The notes under the pieces: generated by a model
The model's input: only the letters and a program-made list of their open reading frames with translations
The model's database searches: none
What the model was told of the DNA's origin: nothing
Assembly: GCF_050320075.1 (NCBI RefSeq)
Contig: NZ_CP190018.1
Source: Escherichia coli
Lineage (GTDB): Bacteria > Pseudomonadota > Gammaproteobacteria > Enterobacterales > Enterobacteriaceae
Strand: one strand, 5' to 3'
DNA length: 64,000 bases
In this document: positions 9,986 to 22,629 of the stretch, piece after piece
Position numbering within the stretch: the first letter of the stretch is position 1
How the letters are laid out: every line of letters begins with the position of its first letter
Translations under genes and position numbers: made by a program

Positions 9986-11275
9986 TTACAAAGTGAAAGA
10001 GAGACGTAGCGCCAGCGCAGCCAGCGTCACAAAAAGCACCGGCAGGGTCATGATAATCCCTGTACGGAAGTAATATCCCCAGCTGATAGTCATATTCTTC
10101 TGCGAAAGTACGTGCAGCCAGAGCAGCGTCGCCAGGCTACCAATTGGGGTAATTTTCGGCCCCAAATCGCAGCCAATCACGTTGGCATAAACCATCGCTT
10201 CTTTGATAACGCCAGATGCCGTGCTGCCATCAATGGACAACGCGCCAACCAGTACCGTCGGCATATTGTTCATAATAGAAGAGAGGAAGGCGGTGAGGAA
10301 TCCGGTGCCGAGCGTCGCGGCCCACAGGCCGTTTTCCGCCAGCACGTTGAGTACGCCAGAAAGATATTCCGTTAGTCCGGCATTGCGCAGGCCATAAACC
10401 ACCAGATACATGCCGAGCGAGAAGATGACAATCTGCCAGGGCGCACCGCGTAGCACCTTACCCGTATTAATTGCATGACCGCGTTTAGCGACGGCAAATA
10501 ATATCAGCGCGCCCACTGCCGCAATGGCGCTGACCGGAATGCCGAGCGGTTCCAGAACGAAAAATCCCACCAGCAGAAGCAGTAAAACAACCCAGCCAGT
10601 TTTGAACGTAGCAGGATCTTTAATCGCTTCTGCGGGAGATTTCAGCAGCGCCATGTCGTAGTTCTGCGGAATATCTTTGCGGAAATAGAGATGCAACATC
10701 ACCAGCGTGGCAACAATCGCGGCGATATCCACCGGCACCATCACCAAGGCATATTCGCGAAAGCCGAGGCCAAAGAAATCTGCGGAAACGATATTCACCA
10801 GGTTGGAGACAATAAGCGGCAGGCTGGCGGTATCGGCAATGAACCCGGCCGCCATCACGAACGCAAGCGTCGTGCCTTTACTGAACCCTAAAGCCAGCAG
10901 CATGGCGATGACAATCGGTGTCAAAATAAGCGCCGCGCCATCATTGGCAAACAGAGCTGCAACGGCAGCACCGAGCAGGACAATCCAGGTAAACAGCAAG
11001 CGACCGCGTCCATTGCCCCAGCGTGAGACGTGCAGCGCCGCCCATTCAAAAAAGCCGGACTCATCCAGCAGCAGGCTGATGATAATGACGGCAATAAACG
11101 CCGCCGTCGCGTTCCAGACGATATTCCACACCACCGGAATATCACCCGGATGAACCACGCCCGTAAGCAACGCCAGTACCGCGCCGAGCGTTGCACTCCA
11201 GCCGATGCCTAAACCTTTCGGCTGCCAGATAACCAATACGATGGTCAGGACAAAAATAGCGCCTGCCAGTAACAT
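9986..11275 (-). CDS. arsB: Arsenite/antimonite efflux pump ArsB
   Basis: 429-aa polytopic membrane ORF from the internal Met ([11 protein letters not shown]...); operon context arsR-arsB-arsC. Confidence 0.93.
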   Translation of the reverse strand: MLLAGAIFVLTIVLVIWQPKGLGIGWSATLGAVLALLTGVVHPGDIPVVWNIVWNATAAFIAVIIISLLLDESGFFEWAALHVSRWGNGRGRLLFTWIVLLGAAVAALFANDGAALILTPIVIAMLLALGFSKGTTLAFVMAAGFIADTASLPLIVSNLVNIVSADFFGLGFREYALVMVPVDIAAIVATLVMLHLYFRKDIPQNYDMALLKSPAEAIKDPATFKTGWVVLLLLLVGFFVLEPLGIPVSAIAAVGALILFAVAKRGHAINTGKVLRGAPWQIVIFSLGMYLVVYGLRNAGLTEYLSGVLNVLAENGLWAATLGTGFLTAFLSSIMNNMPTVLVGALSIDGSTASGVIKEAMVYANVIGCDLGPKITPIGSLATLLWLHVLSQKNMTISWGYYFRTGIIMTLPVLFVTLAALALRLSFTL

Positions 11276-11329
11276 AATGCCTCCCGGATAAAACACATCT
11301 GAAAATTCATATGTGTTTAGATAAATTTT

Positions 11330-11683
11330 TTAACTACAAATGTTCTTACTGTCTTCGGAACAATTTTGTCGAGCCAGGTTGCGGACAATCGCCTGAACCT
11401 TTTCCTGTTCACATCGCCAGGCCTCATCAATAATTTTCGCGGCCCATGATGGAATATGCGGTGATAAGCGGTAATGAACCCACTTACCCTGCTTGCGATC
11501 CAGCAATAGCCCACTTTCACGCAGCAATGCCAGGTGGCGGGATATCTTGGGCTGCGACTGATCGAGGGCAGTACAGAGATCGCAGACGCATAATTCTCCC
11601 AGCTCGCTGAGCAGTAAAACGATGCCCAGACGGGTTTCATCAGCAAGAATTTTGAACAGTTGGATGGGTAACAGAAATGACAT
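11330..11683 (-). CDS. arsR: Arsenical resistance operon repressor ArsR
   Basis: 117-aa ORF with the ELCVCDLC metalloid-binding motif of ArsR. Confidence 0.9.
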   Translation of the reverse strand: MSFLLPIQLFKILADETRLGIVLLLSELGELCVCDLCTALDQSQPKISRHLALLRESGLLLDRKQGKWVHYRLSPHIPSWAAKIIDEAWRCEQEKVQAIVRNLARQNCSEDSKNICS

Positions 11684-11835
11684 ATTGCGCTCCTGATTGT
11701 TGCAGGTAGTGTCTCTCTTCGAAGCGGATAAGTCAAAAACATATATGACTTAACGAATGTGTAAGCGCAGAAGAAGGTAATAGGTGTGAATTTTGAGTTG
11801 GGTATTCATTTGAAAGGAGGTCTGAATCAGGACGT

Positions 11836-11920
11836 AAAAAAACCGACTTTGCGTCGGTTTTTTACTTTCCAGCCCTGAGTTGGTGGCTCTGGCCGGAGTG
11901 AGAATGCCCACATCTAACGG
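11836..11920 (-). ncRNA. agrB: agrB-like antisense sRNA repeat unit (regulator of dinQ)
   Basis: First of two ~85-bp direct repeats with a terminator hairpin (aaaaaaaccgac...gtcggtttttt) and a core (ggagtgagaatgcc...catctaac) complementary to the dinQ leader at ~12320-12350; boundaries approximate. Confidence 0.4.
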
Positions 11921-12068
11921 TTCAATACTATTAGCCAGTGGCTAACATTGCAAGCGTTAGCGATTTCTTCAGCTGGCGAAGGGACAGTTTGCTATACATG
12001 TTGGTGAAAGAGGATTTATATACTTTCATCGGGTCGCTGCCGTACCAGGCCTTGTCCAAATCCGGACG

Positions 12069-12152
12069 TAAAAAAACCGACTTCGCGTCGGTTTTTTACT
12101 TTGCAGCCCAGAGTTGGTGGCTCTGGCTGGAGTGAGAATGCCATCATCTAAC
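12069..12152 (-). ncRNA. agrA: agrA-like antisense sRNA repeat unit
   Basis: Second copy of the same repeat with hairpin and complementary core; boundaries approximate. Confidence 0.4.
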
Positions 12153-12214
12153 GCATCAATGCTAATACCATACTGAAACTATTGCAAGGACATGCTGGTT
12201 TTATAACCTGTATG

Positions 12215-12234
12215 TACTGTATGATTATCCAGTT
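12215..12234 (+). promoter_or_regulatory. LexA box (tactgtatgattatccagtt) of the dinQ promoter
   Basis: CTG-N10-CAG SOS-box architecture upstream of the dinQ leader. Confidence 0.5.
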
Positions 12235-12425
12235 AGTTCTGAGGCATTTTCACTCTGGTAATGCGCATAAACGCTTTCAAAGTCCTGGTCAGAAGTACGG
12301 GTGGTGCCGTTAACTGATGCTCTGGTCGGAGTGAGAATGCCCACATCTAACAATGGGGCATGCGCCGTGACAGGCAGTGGATGAGTAAGCGGATGCATTC
12401 TCACTCCATCGCATGGAGAAAACGG

Positions 12426-12509
12426 GTGATTGATAAAGCAATCATCGTTCTTGGGGCGTTAATTGCGCTACTGGAACTGATCCGCTTCCTGCTTCAGCTT
12501 CTGAACTGA
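12426..12509 (+). CDS. dinQ: Type I toxin DinQ (27-aa membrane peptide, GTG start)
   Basis: Direct translation gives (V/M)IDKAIIVLGALIALLELIRFLLQLLN followed by TGA; too short for the ORF track. Confidence 0.75.
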   Translation: MIDKAIIVLGALIALLELIRFLLQLLN

Positions 12510-12562
12510 TAGCGGAAACGTAGTTAAGGGCAAAGAGCACACCACTCTTTGCCCTTTAACAT

Positions 12563-13915
12563 TTAACGCATGGTCACGAACTCTTCTGCCGCCGTCGGGT
12601 GAATGGCGACGGTATTGTCGAAGTCTTTTTTGGTCGCCCCCATCTTCAGCGCCACCGCGAAGCCCTGCAACATTTCATCCATACCAAAACCAATGCCGTG
12701 AATTCCGACAATCTTCTCTTCCGGTCCAACGCATACCAGTTTCATGCGGCACGGCTGGCGGTGAGTGGTGACGGCGGTATACATCGCGGTGAAAGAGGAT
12801 TTATACACTTTCACCTGATCGTCGCCGTACTGCTCGCGCGCCTGCGGTTCCGTTAAACCAACAGTACCAATCGGCGGATGGCTGAAGACCACGGTCGGAA
12901 TGTTGCTGTAATCCAGATGCTCATCAGGCTTGTTATTAAACAGGCGTTCAGAGAGACGGCGACCCGCTGCAACTGCCACCGGTGTCAGTTCCACTGCCCC
13001 CGTGTTATCGCCCACAGCGTAAATACCTTCAACGTTGGTATTTTGATATTTATCGACGACGATATAGCCTTTTTCGTTAGTTTTAACGCCAGCGGCTTCC
13101 AGGTTGATGTTGTCATTGGCAGGCTCGCGACCAATCGCCCAAATCAGGCAATCTACCGTTTCACTGCGACCATCTTCCAGCTCCAGCGTCAGGCTGCCGT
13201 CGGCATTTTTCACCACCGCTTTCGGGATGGCGTTGGTGTGCAGCTGCGGGCCTTCGGCGTTCATCACTTCGACCAGCGTTTCAGAGATCATCGGGTCGAA
13301 GCTGCGCAGCGGCGCATGTTTACGCACAAACAGATGCGTTTTCGCGCCGAGGCCGTTAATCACGCCCGCCAGCTCAACGGCGATGTAACCCGCGCCAACA
13401 ACCGCCACGCGCTCTGGCAAAGCAGGAAGGGCGAAGAAGCCATCAGAATCAATACCGTATTCCACGCCCGGAATATCCGGGTGGCTCGGACGACCGCCGG
13501 TGGCGATCAGAATATGATCGGCCGTGATGGTTTCGCCGTTTACCTCCAGCGTTTTGGCATCAACGAAGCGGGCAAAGCCTTTGATTACATCAACGTTATT
13601 TTTACCGAGCACGTTTTCATAGGAAGTATGAATACGGTCGATATAGGCGGTACGGCTGGCGATCAACGTTTCCCAGTTGAATTTATTTATAGTGGTATCG
13701 AAACCATAATCCGGACCGTACATGTGGATCGCTTCACGGATTTGCGCCGCGTGCCACATCACTTTCTTCGGTACGCAGCCGACGTTCACGCAGGTGCCGC
13801 CCAGCTCTTTGGCTTCAATCAGCGCGCATTTCTGGCCGTACATAGCCGCGCGGTTGATGGAGGCGATACCGCCGCTGCCGCCGCCGATGGCGATGTAATC
13901 ATAGTGTTTAGTCAT
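12563..13915 (-). CDS. gor: Glutathione reductase
   Basis: 450-aa ORF with FAD-binding GGGSGG and redox-active [10 protein letters not shown] motif. Confidence 0.95.
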   Translation of the reverse strand: MTKHYDYIAIGGGSGGIASINRAAMYGQKCALIEAKELGGTCVNVGCVPKKVMWHAAQIREAIHMYGPDYGFDTTINKFNWETLIASRTAYIDRIHTSYENVLGKNNVDVIKGFARFVDAKTLEVNGETITADHILIATGGRPSHPDIPGVEYGIDSDGFFALPALPERVAVVGAGYIAVELAGVINGLGAKTHLFVRKHAPLRSFDPMISETLVEVMNAEGPQLHTNAIPKAVVKNADGSLTLELEDGRSETVDCLIWAIGREPANDNINLEAAGVKTNEKGYIVVDKYQNTNVEGIYAVGDNTGAVELTPVAVAAGRRLSERLFNNKPDEHLDYSNIPTVVFSHPPIGTVGLTEPQAREQYGDDQVKVYKSSFTAMYTAVTTHRQPCRMKLVCVGPEEKIVGIHGIGFGMDEMLQGFAVALKMGATKKDFDNTVAIHPTAAEEFVTMR

Positions 13916-13986
13916 GACAGAGTGTCCTTATCGTTGATTACCGCGATTGTAGCGCGAGACGTAATAGGTGCCAGCAATGGCTGCAA

Positions 13987-14829
13987 TTACTCCGGCACGA
14001 TCCAGCTTACGGTGGCGTGCCCGGTGCCTGCCGGAACCAGTTTGCTGTGCAGCCACGGCAGCACGTTATTCATCTGCTGTTCCAGCTTCCACGGCGGGTT
14101 AATCACAATCATGCCGGAAGCGGTCATGCCACGGCGATCGCTGTCTGGCAGTACCGCCAGTTCAATTTGCAGAATTTTGCGAATGCCGGTCGCTTCCAGG
14201 TCGTGGATCATGCGCTTAATTTGCTGGCGCAACACCACTGGATACCACAGTGCGTAAGTGCCAGTGGCGAAACGTTTATAGCCTTCTGCTATCCCGCTGA
14301 CTACCGCCTGATAGTCGGTTTTCATTTCATACGGCGGGTCGATAAGGATTAAACCACGGCGGGAAACCGGCGGCAGTTTGGCCTTAAGCTGCTGGAAACC
14401 ATCGGCTTTTTCGACGCGCGCACGATTGTCTTTCTGAAATTCAGAACGTAGCAACGGGTAATCGCTCGGGTGCAGTTCGGTCAGTTGCAGGCTGTCCTGT
14501 TCACGCAGTAACTGACGAGCAATCAACGGCGAACCGGGGTAGTAACGCAACTGACCGCTACGGTTGAAGTGTTTTACCACATTGATGTACGCCTCCAGCT
14601 CTGCAGGCAAATCGTCCTGCTGCCAGATACGGGCGATACCTTCGAGATATTCGCCGGTACGCTCGGCATGTTCGCTGCCTAACTGATAACGCCCGGCCCC
14701 TGCGTGGGTATCGAGATAGAGAAACGGTTTATCTTTCTCTTTCAGCGACTCGATGATCAGGCTCTGAACGGTATGTTTAAGGACGTCGGCGTGGTTGCCA
14801 GCGTGAAAGCTGTGGCGATAACTGAGCAT
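13987..14829 (-). CDS. rlmJ: 23S rRNA m6A2030 methyltransferase RlmJ (YhiR)
   Basis: 280 aa from the internal Met (MLSYRHSFHAGNHADVLKH...); conserved position between gor and prlC. Confidence 0.88.
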   Translation of the reverse strand: MLSYRHSFHAGNHADVLKHTVQSLIIESLKEKDKPFLYLDTHAGAGRYQLGSEHAERTGEYLEGIARIWQQDDLPAELEAYINVVKHFNRSGQLRYYPGSPLIARQLLREQDSLQLTELHPSDYPLLRSEFQKDNRARVEKADGFQQLKAKLPPVSRRGLILIDPPYEMKTDYQAVVSGIAEGYKRFATGTYALWYPVVLRQQIKRMIHDLEATGIRKILQIELAVLPDSDRRGMTASGMIVINPPWKLEQQMNNVLPWLHSKLVPAGTGHATVSWIVPE

Positions 14830-15031
14830 GGGTAAAGGTGTTCCGGTAAGTAAAAATCGGCCCGTATTCGGGGCGCACAAAAGCCTATCAGGACAGTATA
14901 CCGAAAAGAGGCCGCCGCCGCGAAAGCGTAACGTTTCTCATTGAAATTCACTACACTTAACCCCATGCTACAAACATTATGTAAAGCGCCTGTTGAGCGC
15001 TTCCTTAACCTCTTTAACCAGGACTGCGCTA

Positions 15032-17074
15032 ATGACGAATCCGTTACTGACTCCCTTTGAATTGCCTCCGTTTTCTAAAATTCTCCCGGAACATGTCGTT
15101 CCAGCCGTGACTAAGGCGCTGAACGACTGCCGCGAAAATGTGGAGCGCGTAGTAGCGCAAGGGGCACCGTACACCTGGGAAAATCTCTGCCAGCCGTTGG
15201 CGGAAGTGGACGATGTGCTGGGGCGTATCTTCTCCCCGGTCAGCCACCTGAACTCGGTGAAAAATAGCCCGGAACTGCGTGAAGCGTACGAACAAACCCT
15301 GCCGCTGCTGTCAGAATACAGCACCTGGGTAGGACAACATGAAGGGCTGTATAAAGCATATCGCGACCTGCGCGATGGCGATCATTACGCCACGCTGAAC
15401 ACGGCGCAGAAGAAAGCGGTTGATAACGCACTGCGCGACTTTGAACTCTCTGGCATCGGTCTGCCGAAAGAGAAACAGCAGCGTTATGGTGAGATTGCCA
15501 CTCGTCTTTCCGAGCTGGGCAACCAGTACAGCAACAACGTCCTCGATGCGACAATGGGCTGGACCAAACTCGTTACCGACGAAGCGGAGCTGGCGGGGAT
15601 GCCAGAAAGCGCGCTGGCTGCGGCAAAAGCCCAGGCTGAAGCGAAAGAACTTGAAGGCTACCTGCTGACGCTGGATATCCCAAGCTACCTGCCGGTAATG
15701 ACCTACTGCGACAACCAGGCTCTGCGCGAAGAGATGTATCGCGCTTACAGCACCCGCGCCTCCGATCAAGGTCCGAACGCCGGTAAGTGGGACAACAGCA
15801 AGGTGATGGAAGAGATCCTCGCGCTGCGTCACGAACTGGCGCAACTGCTGGGCTTTGAAAACTACGCCTTTAAATCCCTTGCTACTAAAATGGCAGAAAA
15901 CCCGCAGCAGGTGCTGGATTTCTTAACCGATCTGGCAAAACGCGCGCGTCCACAAGGCGAAAAAGAGCTGGCGCAACTGCGTGCCTTCGCTAAAGCCGAA
16001 TTTGGCGTGGATGAGTTGCAGCCGTGGGATATCGCGTACTACAGCGAAAAACAAAAACAGCACCTCTACAGCATCAGTGACGAACAGCTGCGTCCGTACT
16101 TCCCGGAAAACAAAGCGGTTAACGGCTTGTTTGAAGTGGTGAAACGTATTTACGGCATCACCGCTAAAGAGCGTAAAGATGTTGATGTCTGGCATCCGGA
16201 TGTACGTTTCTTCGAACTGTATGACGAGAACAACGAACTGCGCGGCAGCTTCTACCTCGACCTGTATGCCCGTGAAAACAAGCGCGGCGGGGCGTGGATG
16301 GATGACTGTGTAGGCCAGATGCGTAAAGCCGACGGTTCGCTGCAAAAACCGGTCGCGTATCTGACCTGTAACTTCAACCGCCCGGTAAATGGTAAACCGG
16401 CGCTGTTTACCCATGACGAAGTGATCACCCTGTTCCACGAGTTCGGTCACGGCCTGCACCATATGCTGACCCGCATTGAAACTGCTGGTGTATCTGGTAT
16501 CAGCGGGGTGCCGTGGGATGCGGTCGAACTGCCGAGCCAGTTTATGGAAAACTGGTGCTGGGAGCCTGAGGCGCTGGCATTTATCTCCGGTCACTATGAA
16601 ACCGGCGAACCGCTGCCGAAGGAGCTGCTGGATAAAATGCTGGCGGCTAAGAACTACCAGGCGGCGCTGTTTATTCTGCGCCAGCTGGAGTTCGGCCTGT
16701 TTGATTTCCGCCTCCATGCCGAGTTCCGCCCGGATCAGGGAGCGAAAATCCTCGAAACTCTGGCAGAAATCAAGAAACTGGTTGCCGTAGTACCGTCTCC
16801 ATCCTGGGGCCGTTTCCCGCACGCTTTCAGCCATATTTTCGCCGGTGGTTATGCCGCAGGTTACTACAGCTACCTGTGGGCCGACGTGCTGGCGGCAGAT
16901 GCCTTCTCGCGCTTTGAGGAAGAGGGCATTTTCAACCGTGAAACCGGACAGTCGTTCCTCGACAACATTCTGAGCCGTGGCGGTTCAGAAGAGCCGATGG
17001 ATCTGTTCAAACGCTTCCGTGGTCGTGAACCGCAGCTGGATGCGATGCTGGAGCATTACGGCATTAAGGGCTGA
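15032..17074 (+). CDS. prlC: Oligopeptidase A
   Basis: 680 aa from MTNPLLTPF...; M3 zinc-metallopeptidase HEFGH motif present. Confidence 0.95.
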   Translation: MTNPLLTPFELPPFSKILPEHVVPAVTKALNDCRENVERVVAQGAPYTWENLCQPLAEVDDVLGRIFSPVSHLNSVKNSPELREAYEQTLPLLSEYSTWVGQHEGLYKAYRDLRDGDHYATLNTAQKKAVDNALRDFELSGIGLPKEKQQRYGEIATRLSELGNQYSNNVLDATMGWTKLVTDEAELAGMPESALAAAKAQAEAKELEGYLLTLDIPSYLPVMTYCDNQALREEMYRAYSTRASDQGPNAGKWDNSKVMEEILALRHELAQLLGFENYAFKSLATKMAENPQQVLDFLTDLAKRARPQGEKELAQLRAFAKAEFGVDELQPWDIAYYSEKQKQHLYSISDEQLRPYFPENKAVNGLFEVVKRIYGITAKERKDVDVWHPDVRFFELYDENNELRGSFYLDLYARENKRGGAWMDDCVGQMRKADGSLQKPVAYLTCNFNRPVNGKPALFTHDEVITLFHEFGHGLHHMLTRIETAGVSGISGVPWDAVELPSQFMENWCWEPEALAFISGHYETGEPLPKELLDKMLAAKNYQAALFILRQLEFGLFDFRLHAEFRPDQGAKILETLAEIKKLVAVVPSPSWGRFPHAFSHIFAGGYAAGYYSYLWADVLAADAFSRFEEEGIFNRETGQSFLDNILSRGGSEEPMDLFKRFRGREPQLDAMLEHYGIKG

Positions 17075-17081
17075 TCATTCA

Positions 17082-17834
17082 GTGAAAATCTGCTTAATTG
17101 ATGAAACAGGCACCGGAGACGGTGCCTTATCTGTTCTGGCGGCCCGCTGGGGGCTGGAGCACGATGAAGACAACCTGATGGCGCTGGTATTAACGCCGGA
17201 GCATCTGGAACTGCGCAAGCGTGATGAGCCAAAACTTGGCGGCATCTTCGTTGATTTTGTTGGCGGAGCGATGGCGCACCGACGCAAATTCGGTGGTGGT
17301 CGCGGTGAGGCGGTGGCGAAAGCGGTGGGCATTAAAGGCGATTATTTGCCGGATGTCGTCGATGCTACCGCAGGGCTGGGGCGCGATGCCTTTGTGCTGG
17401 CTTCAGTCGGCTGCCGCGTGCGGATGCTGGAGCGTAATCCGGTGGTTGCTGCATTGCTCGACGACGGCCTGGCGCGTGGTTATGCGGATGCGGAAATCGG
17501 CGGCTGGTTGCAGGAGCGGTTGCAGTTAATTCACGCCTCCAGCCTGACGGCGCTGACCGATATTACCCCACGCCCGCAGGTGGTCTATCTCGATCCGATG
17601 TTCCCGCATAAGCAGAAAAGCGCTCTGGTGAAAAAAGAGATGCGTGTCTTTCAGTCGCTGGTGGGGCCGGATCTTGATGCCGATGGATTACTAGAGCCTG
17701 CACGCTTGCTGGCGACCAAACGCGTGGTGGTAAAGCGCCCGGACTACGCGCCGCCGCTGGCGAATGTCGCCACGCCAAACGCGGTAGTGACCAAAGGGCA
17801 TCGCTTTGATATTTATGCCGGAACGCCGGTGTAA
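17082..17834 (+). CDS. rsmJ: 16S rRNA m2G1516 methyltransferase RsmJ (YhiQ), GTG start
   Basis: 250-aa frame starting at GTG 7 nt after the prlC stop ([14 protein letters not shown]...); the ORF-track extension overlapping prlC is rejected. Confidence 0.85.
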   Translation: MKICLIDETGTGDGALSVLAARWGLEHDEDNLMALVLTPEHLELRKRDEPKLGGIFVDFVGGAMAHRRKFGGGRGEAVAKAVGIKGDYLPDVVDATAGLGRDAFVLASVGCRVRMLERNPVVAALLDDGLARGYADAEIGGWLQERLQLIHASSLTALTDITPRPQVVYLDPMFPHKQKSALVKKEMRVFQSLVGPDLDADGLLEPARLLATKRVVVKRPDYAPPLANVATPNAVVTKGHRFDIYAGTPV

Positions 17835-17839
17835 AAGTA

Positions 17840-17870
17840 AAGCAGGGTAGCGTTATCGCTACCCTGCTTT
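17840..17870. terminator. Hairpin terminator between convergent rsmJ and dtpB
   Basis: Perfect stem aagcagggtagcg / cgctaccctgctt with T-rich flank on the dtpB strand. Confidence 0.55.
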
Positions 17871-17882
17871 CTGCAAGAATAA

Positions 17883-19352
17883 TTAATGGCTTTCGGGCGT
17901 CGCAATCATTCGTTTCAGCCACGGCACCATCAGCAGCATCACCACCGCAACGCCCAGCGTAACCAGGCCAATCTTACCAAACACGTTGGTATAGACGGGC
18001 AACGTCTCAAGCGGATCGGTAATGTTGTCTGGTACTGCGGTAAATGTTGCCACATAGCCGCCCAGCAAGAACGCGGCAGCCTGCGTCAGGAACCACATCC
18101 CGAGAATAAAGCCCATCAAATGCTGCGGCACCAGGGCAGCAATCATCGCCAGACCCAGGGCGCTAATAAACAATTCACCCAGGCTCTGGAATAAGTAAAC
18201 CAGCACAATAAACCACGGCGATGTCAGTCCTTGGGCATCCGCAAACCACATTCCCGCAGCTGCAGCCGTCAAAAAGCCCAGTGAGCACATAAACATGCCG
18301 AGAGTAAATTTCATCGGCATAGAGAGGTCTTTGCCTTTGTTACCCAGATGCGTGTAAATGCCTGCCAGTATTGGGCTGGCGAGTACCACCCAGAACGGGT
18401 TAAGCGCCTGGAAGCTGACCGGGTTGATGGAAAAGCCGAGAATTTCATGATGCACGTTGTTGATGGCAAAGAAGTTCAGCGACGTTGGCATCTGGGCGTA
18501 GAGAATGTAAAACACCACCGCTTCGAGCATCAGGACAAAGGCGACAAACATTTTATTGCGCCCGGTTTTATCCAGCTTGAATGCCTGACGAAAGAAAATG
18601 ATGGTGACGACGATAGAGAGAACAATCAGCACCAGATTGGCGACTTCTACGTTGTGCATCAGCCATGCACAGACGAAGATCATCACCACGCTGCCAAGTA
18701 ACACGTACAACAGTTTGCTGAAGCTCATCGGCCGGAAGTCGGGTTCAGAACCAATGTCTTTCACCATTCCGCGACAGGCGATGTAAACCAATAGCGCGAT
18801 AATTAACCCCGCACCGCACAGGTTGTAGGTGACTGAATAACCGAATCTATCAGCGATCACGGGGGCCAGCGATAACGCTATCAACGAGCCGATGTTGATC
18901 GACATATAGAACAGGGTAAATGCGCCATCAAGCCGCGGATCTTTCGGCGGATAGCACTTCGAAAGCAAGCTGGCTGGGTTAGCTTTAAACAGGCCGTTAC
19001 CGACAGCGATAGTCCCCAGGGCGATGAAAATCAGGTCAGGCTTAAGTAGCGACAGGCCGGTCATGAAGTAGCCAATCGCCAGCACAAGTGCTCCGAGAAC
19101 AATGGTGCGTTTGGTCCCCAGCAGGTGGTCGCCGACATAGCCGCCAATGGAAATGAGGCCATAGACCAGCGCAGCAAAAGCACCAAAAGTGACAAAAGCC
19201 TGTTCTTGCGAGAATCCAAGCTGCTTAACGAAGAAAACCGCCAGTACGCCCTGCACGCCGTAGTAGCCGAATCGCTCCCATAACTCGACAAAAAAGATCA
19301 TGAAAAATGGGCGAGGTTGCTGCAGCATCCCCATGGGTGTTGTTGTATTCAT
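17883..19352 (-). CDS. dtpB: Dipeptide/tripeptide:proton symporter DtpB (YhiP)
   Basis: 489-aa polytopic POT/PTR2-family membrane ORF. Confidence 0.92.
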   Translation of the reverse strand: MNTTTPMGMLQQPRPFFMIFFVELWERFGYYGVQGVLAVFFVKQLGFSQEQAFVTFGAFAALVYGLISIGGYVGDHLLGTKRTIVLGALVLAIGYFMTGLSLLKPDLIFIALGTIAVGNGLFKANPASLLSKCYPPKDPRLDGAFTLFYMSINIGSLIALSLAPVIADRFGYSVTYNLCGAGLIIALLVYIACRGMVKDIGSEPDFRPMSFSKLLYVLLGSVVMIFVCAWLMHNVEVANLVLIVLSIVVTIIFFRQAFKLDKTGRNKMFVAFVLMLEAVVFYILYAQMPTSLNFFAINNVHHEILGFSINPVSFQALNPFWVVLASPILAGIYTHLGNKGKDLSMPMKFTLGMFMCSLGFLTAAAAGMWFADAQGLTSPWFIVLVYLFQSLGELFISALGLAMIAALVPQHLMGFILGMWFLTQAAAFLLGGYVATFTAVPDNITDPLETLPVYTNVFGKIGLVTLGVAVVMLLMVPWLKRMIATPESH

Positions 19353-19667
19353 ATTTATTAACCTTCCAATACCATCCTGAAAAGTATGAACGCGTAAGGG
19401 ATAACGCGCGAAAAAGTTTTCATCTGTCAGAGATTCTTAATATTGATGCGGTGAATAGATTAATACACTATTACAACAGAAAATAACCAGCTGATCACAC
19501 TAATGATGGAAAATATGATGGTGTTAAATGTTGTATTGGCAGGGGATTTTGATTGCGTACGCAGACCGTAGGCCAGATAAGGTGTTTACGCTGCAAGGTA
19601 ACAAGGCGCGCCAAAAAGCAAAACGCCCGCATATGCGGGCGTTCAGGAACACGTCGTAGAGGGAAGA

Positions 19668-20102
19668 TTATTCTTCTTCGTCGCGCAGCGGAACAATCAG
19701 CATATCAACGTGAACGGTGTTGATCAGCTGACGTGCGGAAGACATCAGTTTGCTCCAGAAGTCCTGGTGGTGACCACAAACCACCAGATCCATATCGTAT
19801 TTCTTGATTGCATCGACCAGAACCTGGCCCAGATCGCCGCTGCCGCTCAGGGTTTCAGTGATTGGGTAGCCTGCATTAGTGGAAAGCTCGGTCAGCGCAT
19901 GATGTGTCTCTTCAGAGATGCGTTTCTGCATATCACCCAGATTCACATCAATAAGCCCGGTGTATAGGTCAGAGTAGTTTACATCTACGTGGATCAGAGA
20001 AACTTTCGCATTGTAGGGGCGAGCCATAGAGACTGCTTTCTCTACCAGAACTTTGCTTTCCGGGGAGAGATCGACCGCGATGAGAATGTGTTTATAAGCC
20101 AT
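19668..20102 (-). CDS. uspA: Universal stress protein A
   Basis: 144-aa ORF ([24 protein letters not shown]...). Confidence 0.95.
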
Positions 20103-20492
20103 AGTGTTACTCCTTCCATAAAGTTGTCGATGACTGGCCAGCTAGCGTTTCTTGTGCCGTTACGTCACCCGCGTCCTGCGAACTACGTGCGCGGGGCTAA
20201 CCCAGCCGTAAAGATTCAGTGTTAAGACCATCCTTACCTTATAGCGACCCGGATGATCCGTCAATCCGCCTTGCTTACCCGTTAGATAAACAAATTTTCG
20301 ACATGAATATATTGATAGTGGTTAACCTTCTGGAAAAAAAACAACCTGATCTCCTACACTATCTATAGAGCCGCTCGGATGTTGGTCACCACAAAAGCGG
20401 TTTCTCCAGGACCTGGTGTTAACTGATTGGCAGCGTATCGGGAGCGGTAGCCCCGGGGTGGAACTCCGCGGGCAGGTCGCCGGGGAGGAGGT

Positions 20493-20828
20493 ATGATAAG
20501 CACCGTCGCATTATTTTGGGCTTTATGTGTCGTTTGCATTGTTAACATGGCGCGCTATTTCTCATCACTACGCGCGTTGTTAGTGGTACTGCGTAACTGC
20601 GATCCATTGCTCTATCAATATGTTGATGGAGGGGGCTTTTTTACCTCACATGGCCAACCCAACAAACAGGTGCGTCTCGTTTGGTATATCTATGCCCAAC
20701 GTTATCGCGATCATCACGATGATGAGTTTATTCGCCGCTGTGAGCGGGTGCGTCGGCAGTTTATTCTGACCAGCGCATTGTGTGGTCTGGTGGTGGTCAG
20801 TCTGATTGCATTGATGATTTGGCATTAA
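20493..20828 (+). CDS. uspB: Universal stress protein B
   Basis: 111-aa two-TM ORF divergent from uspA. Confidence 0.92.
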
Positions 20829-20858
20829 GCACTTCAGCAAAAATAACGCATAAAAAAA

Positions 20859-20887
20859 GCGGGCCAGTAAACTGACCCGCTCGTTTT
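20859..20887. terminator. Bidirectional rho-independent terminator between uspB and pitA
   Basis: Stem gcgggccag / ctgacccgc flanked by A-run upstream and T-run downstream. Confidence 0.6.
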
Positions 20888-20898
20888 GGTGCGTGCGA

Positions 20899-22398
20899 TT
20901 ACAGGAACTGCAAGGAGAGCCAGTAAAGCCCGCCGGAAAGCAGTACCGCAGCCGGAAGGGTAAACACCCAGGCCATCAGAATACTGGTCACGGTTTTACG
21001 CTGTAAGCCGCCGCCATCTACCACCATCGTCCCCGCGACAGAAGAGGAGAGTACGTGGGTAGTGGAAACCGGCATCCCGGTATAACTCGCCAGGCCGATA
21101 GACACTGCCGCAGTCATCTGGGCAGACATCCCCTGAGCGTAGGTCATGCCTTTCTTACCGATTTTCTCACCGATAGTCGTTGCCACACGACGCCAGCCAA
21201 TCATCGTACCGATACCTAACGCCAGCGCGACCGCCATGATGATCCACACCGGCGCATACTCGATGGTGCTAAGCATATCGGATTTCAGTTTCTTCAACAG
21301 GCGCTGATCGTCAGCACTCACGCCAGGCATCTTCACCACTTTGTCGATAGTGTCAGAAACGCACAGCATAATGCGGCGCATCTGGCTACGTTGATCAAGC
21401 GACAGCTTGTCGTAGCTTTCCACATCGGTAGTCAACATGCCTTTCAGGCGGTTGAGCGCGTTAATGGTATTCGACGGATGGCAATGGAACTCCGCAGGTT
21501 GCGTTGCGCCAGCTTCCGGAGCCGGTACTAACTGATCAGCACCGGTAGCCTGTTTCAGCAGCGCAGGGTGCTGCTCAAAGTAAGCTTCCACGTTGTTGAT
21601 GGCATCACGGGTACGGGTGATTTCGTAGCCAGTGGCATTCATGTTCACCACGAAGCCTGCTGGTGCGACGCCAATCAATACCAACATAACCAGACCAATG
21701 CCTTTCTGACCATCGTTCGCGCCGTGCGAAAACGCCACGCCGATAGCGGAAAGGATCAGCGCAATACGCGTCCAGAACGGCGGCTTTTTCTTGCCGTCTT
21801 TCTTTTCACGCTCCGCTGGGGTCAGGTGGATACGGGCGCGTTTCTTGGTGCCGCTCCAGTAGCGACGCAGCAAGAAAATCAGACCGCCAGCAAACACCAG
21901 GCCGACAATAGGGGAAACGATCAGAGAACCGAAAATACTTAATACTTTCGGGATATTGAGTGCATCCACCACTGACGTCCCGGTCATCAACGCATTGGTT
22001 AAACCAATCCCGATGATCGCGCCAATCAGCGTATGAGAGCTGGATGCAGGTAAACCAAAGTACCAGGTACCCAGGTTCCAGATAATCGCCGCCAGCAACA
22101 TAGAGAACACCATGGCAAGGCCATGAGACGATCCCATATTAAGCAGCAGATCCGTCGGCAGCATATGCACAATGGCATAGGCAACACTCAGACCACCCAG
22201 CAAAACACCCAAAAAGTTGAACACCGCCGCCATAACCACGGCGAGCTGAGAACGCATCGCGCGGGTATAGATAACGGTTGCCACGGCGTTGGCTGTGTCA
22301 TGGAAACCATTGATGGCTTCGTAGAACAGCACAAAAGCCAGTGCAAGCAATAATAACAGCCCGGTATGCAAATCCAGGCCAGCAAACAAATGTAGCAT
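20899..22398 (-). CDS. pitA: Low-affinity inorganic phosphate transporter PitA
   Basis: 499-aa polytopic ORF with PiT-family [12 protein letters not shown] motifs. Confidence 0.95.
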
Positions 22399-22629
22399 AG
22401 GACGTTACGCCATTTTGAGGACATGAACGCGGCGCATTATCAGTGACTTTCGCGGCGCGGGCAAAGTGAAATATAGACTTTTTTTGATTTGCCTCCTGTA
22501 TGGATTTCACTCAAAAAATAATTATCTTATATAATTCAGGTAAATACTTCCTTTTAGTAATATTGATGCTGGTGCGACCACTGAGGAATCTTTACAATTC
22601 ACGCCCGTTTTTTCTTAGAGGAGCGCAAC

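Noticed and set aside
12878..14257. 459-aa ORF on the plus strand
   Set aside because: It lies antisense to gor and rlmJ, which have clear motifs and conserved synteny; long antisense frames are expected in GC-rich coding sequence.
15923..16834. 303-aa ORF on the minus strand
   Set aside because: Antisense to prlC, with Arg/Gln-rich low-complexity composition typical of shadow ORFs.
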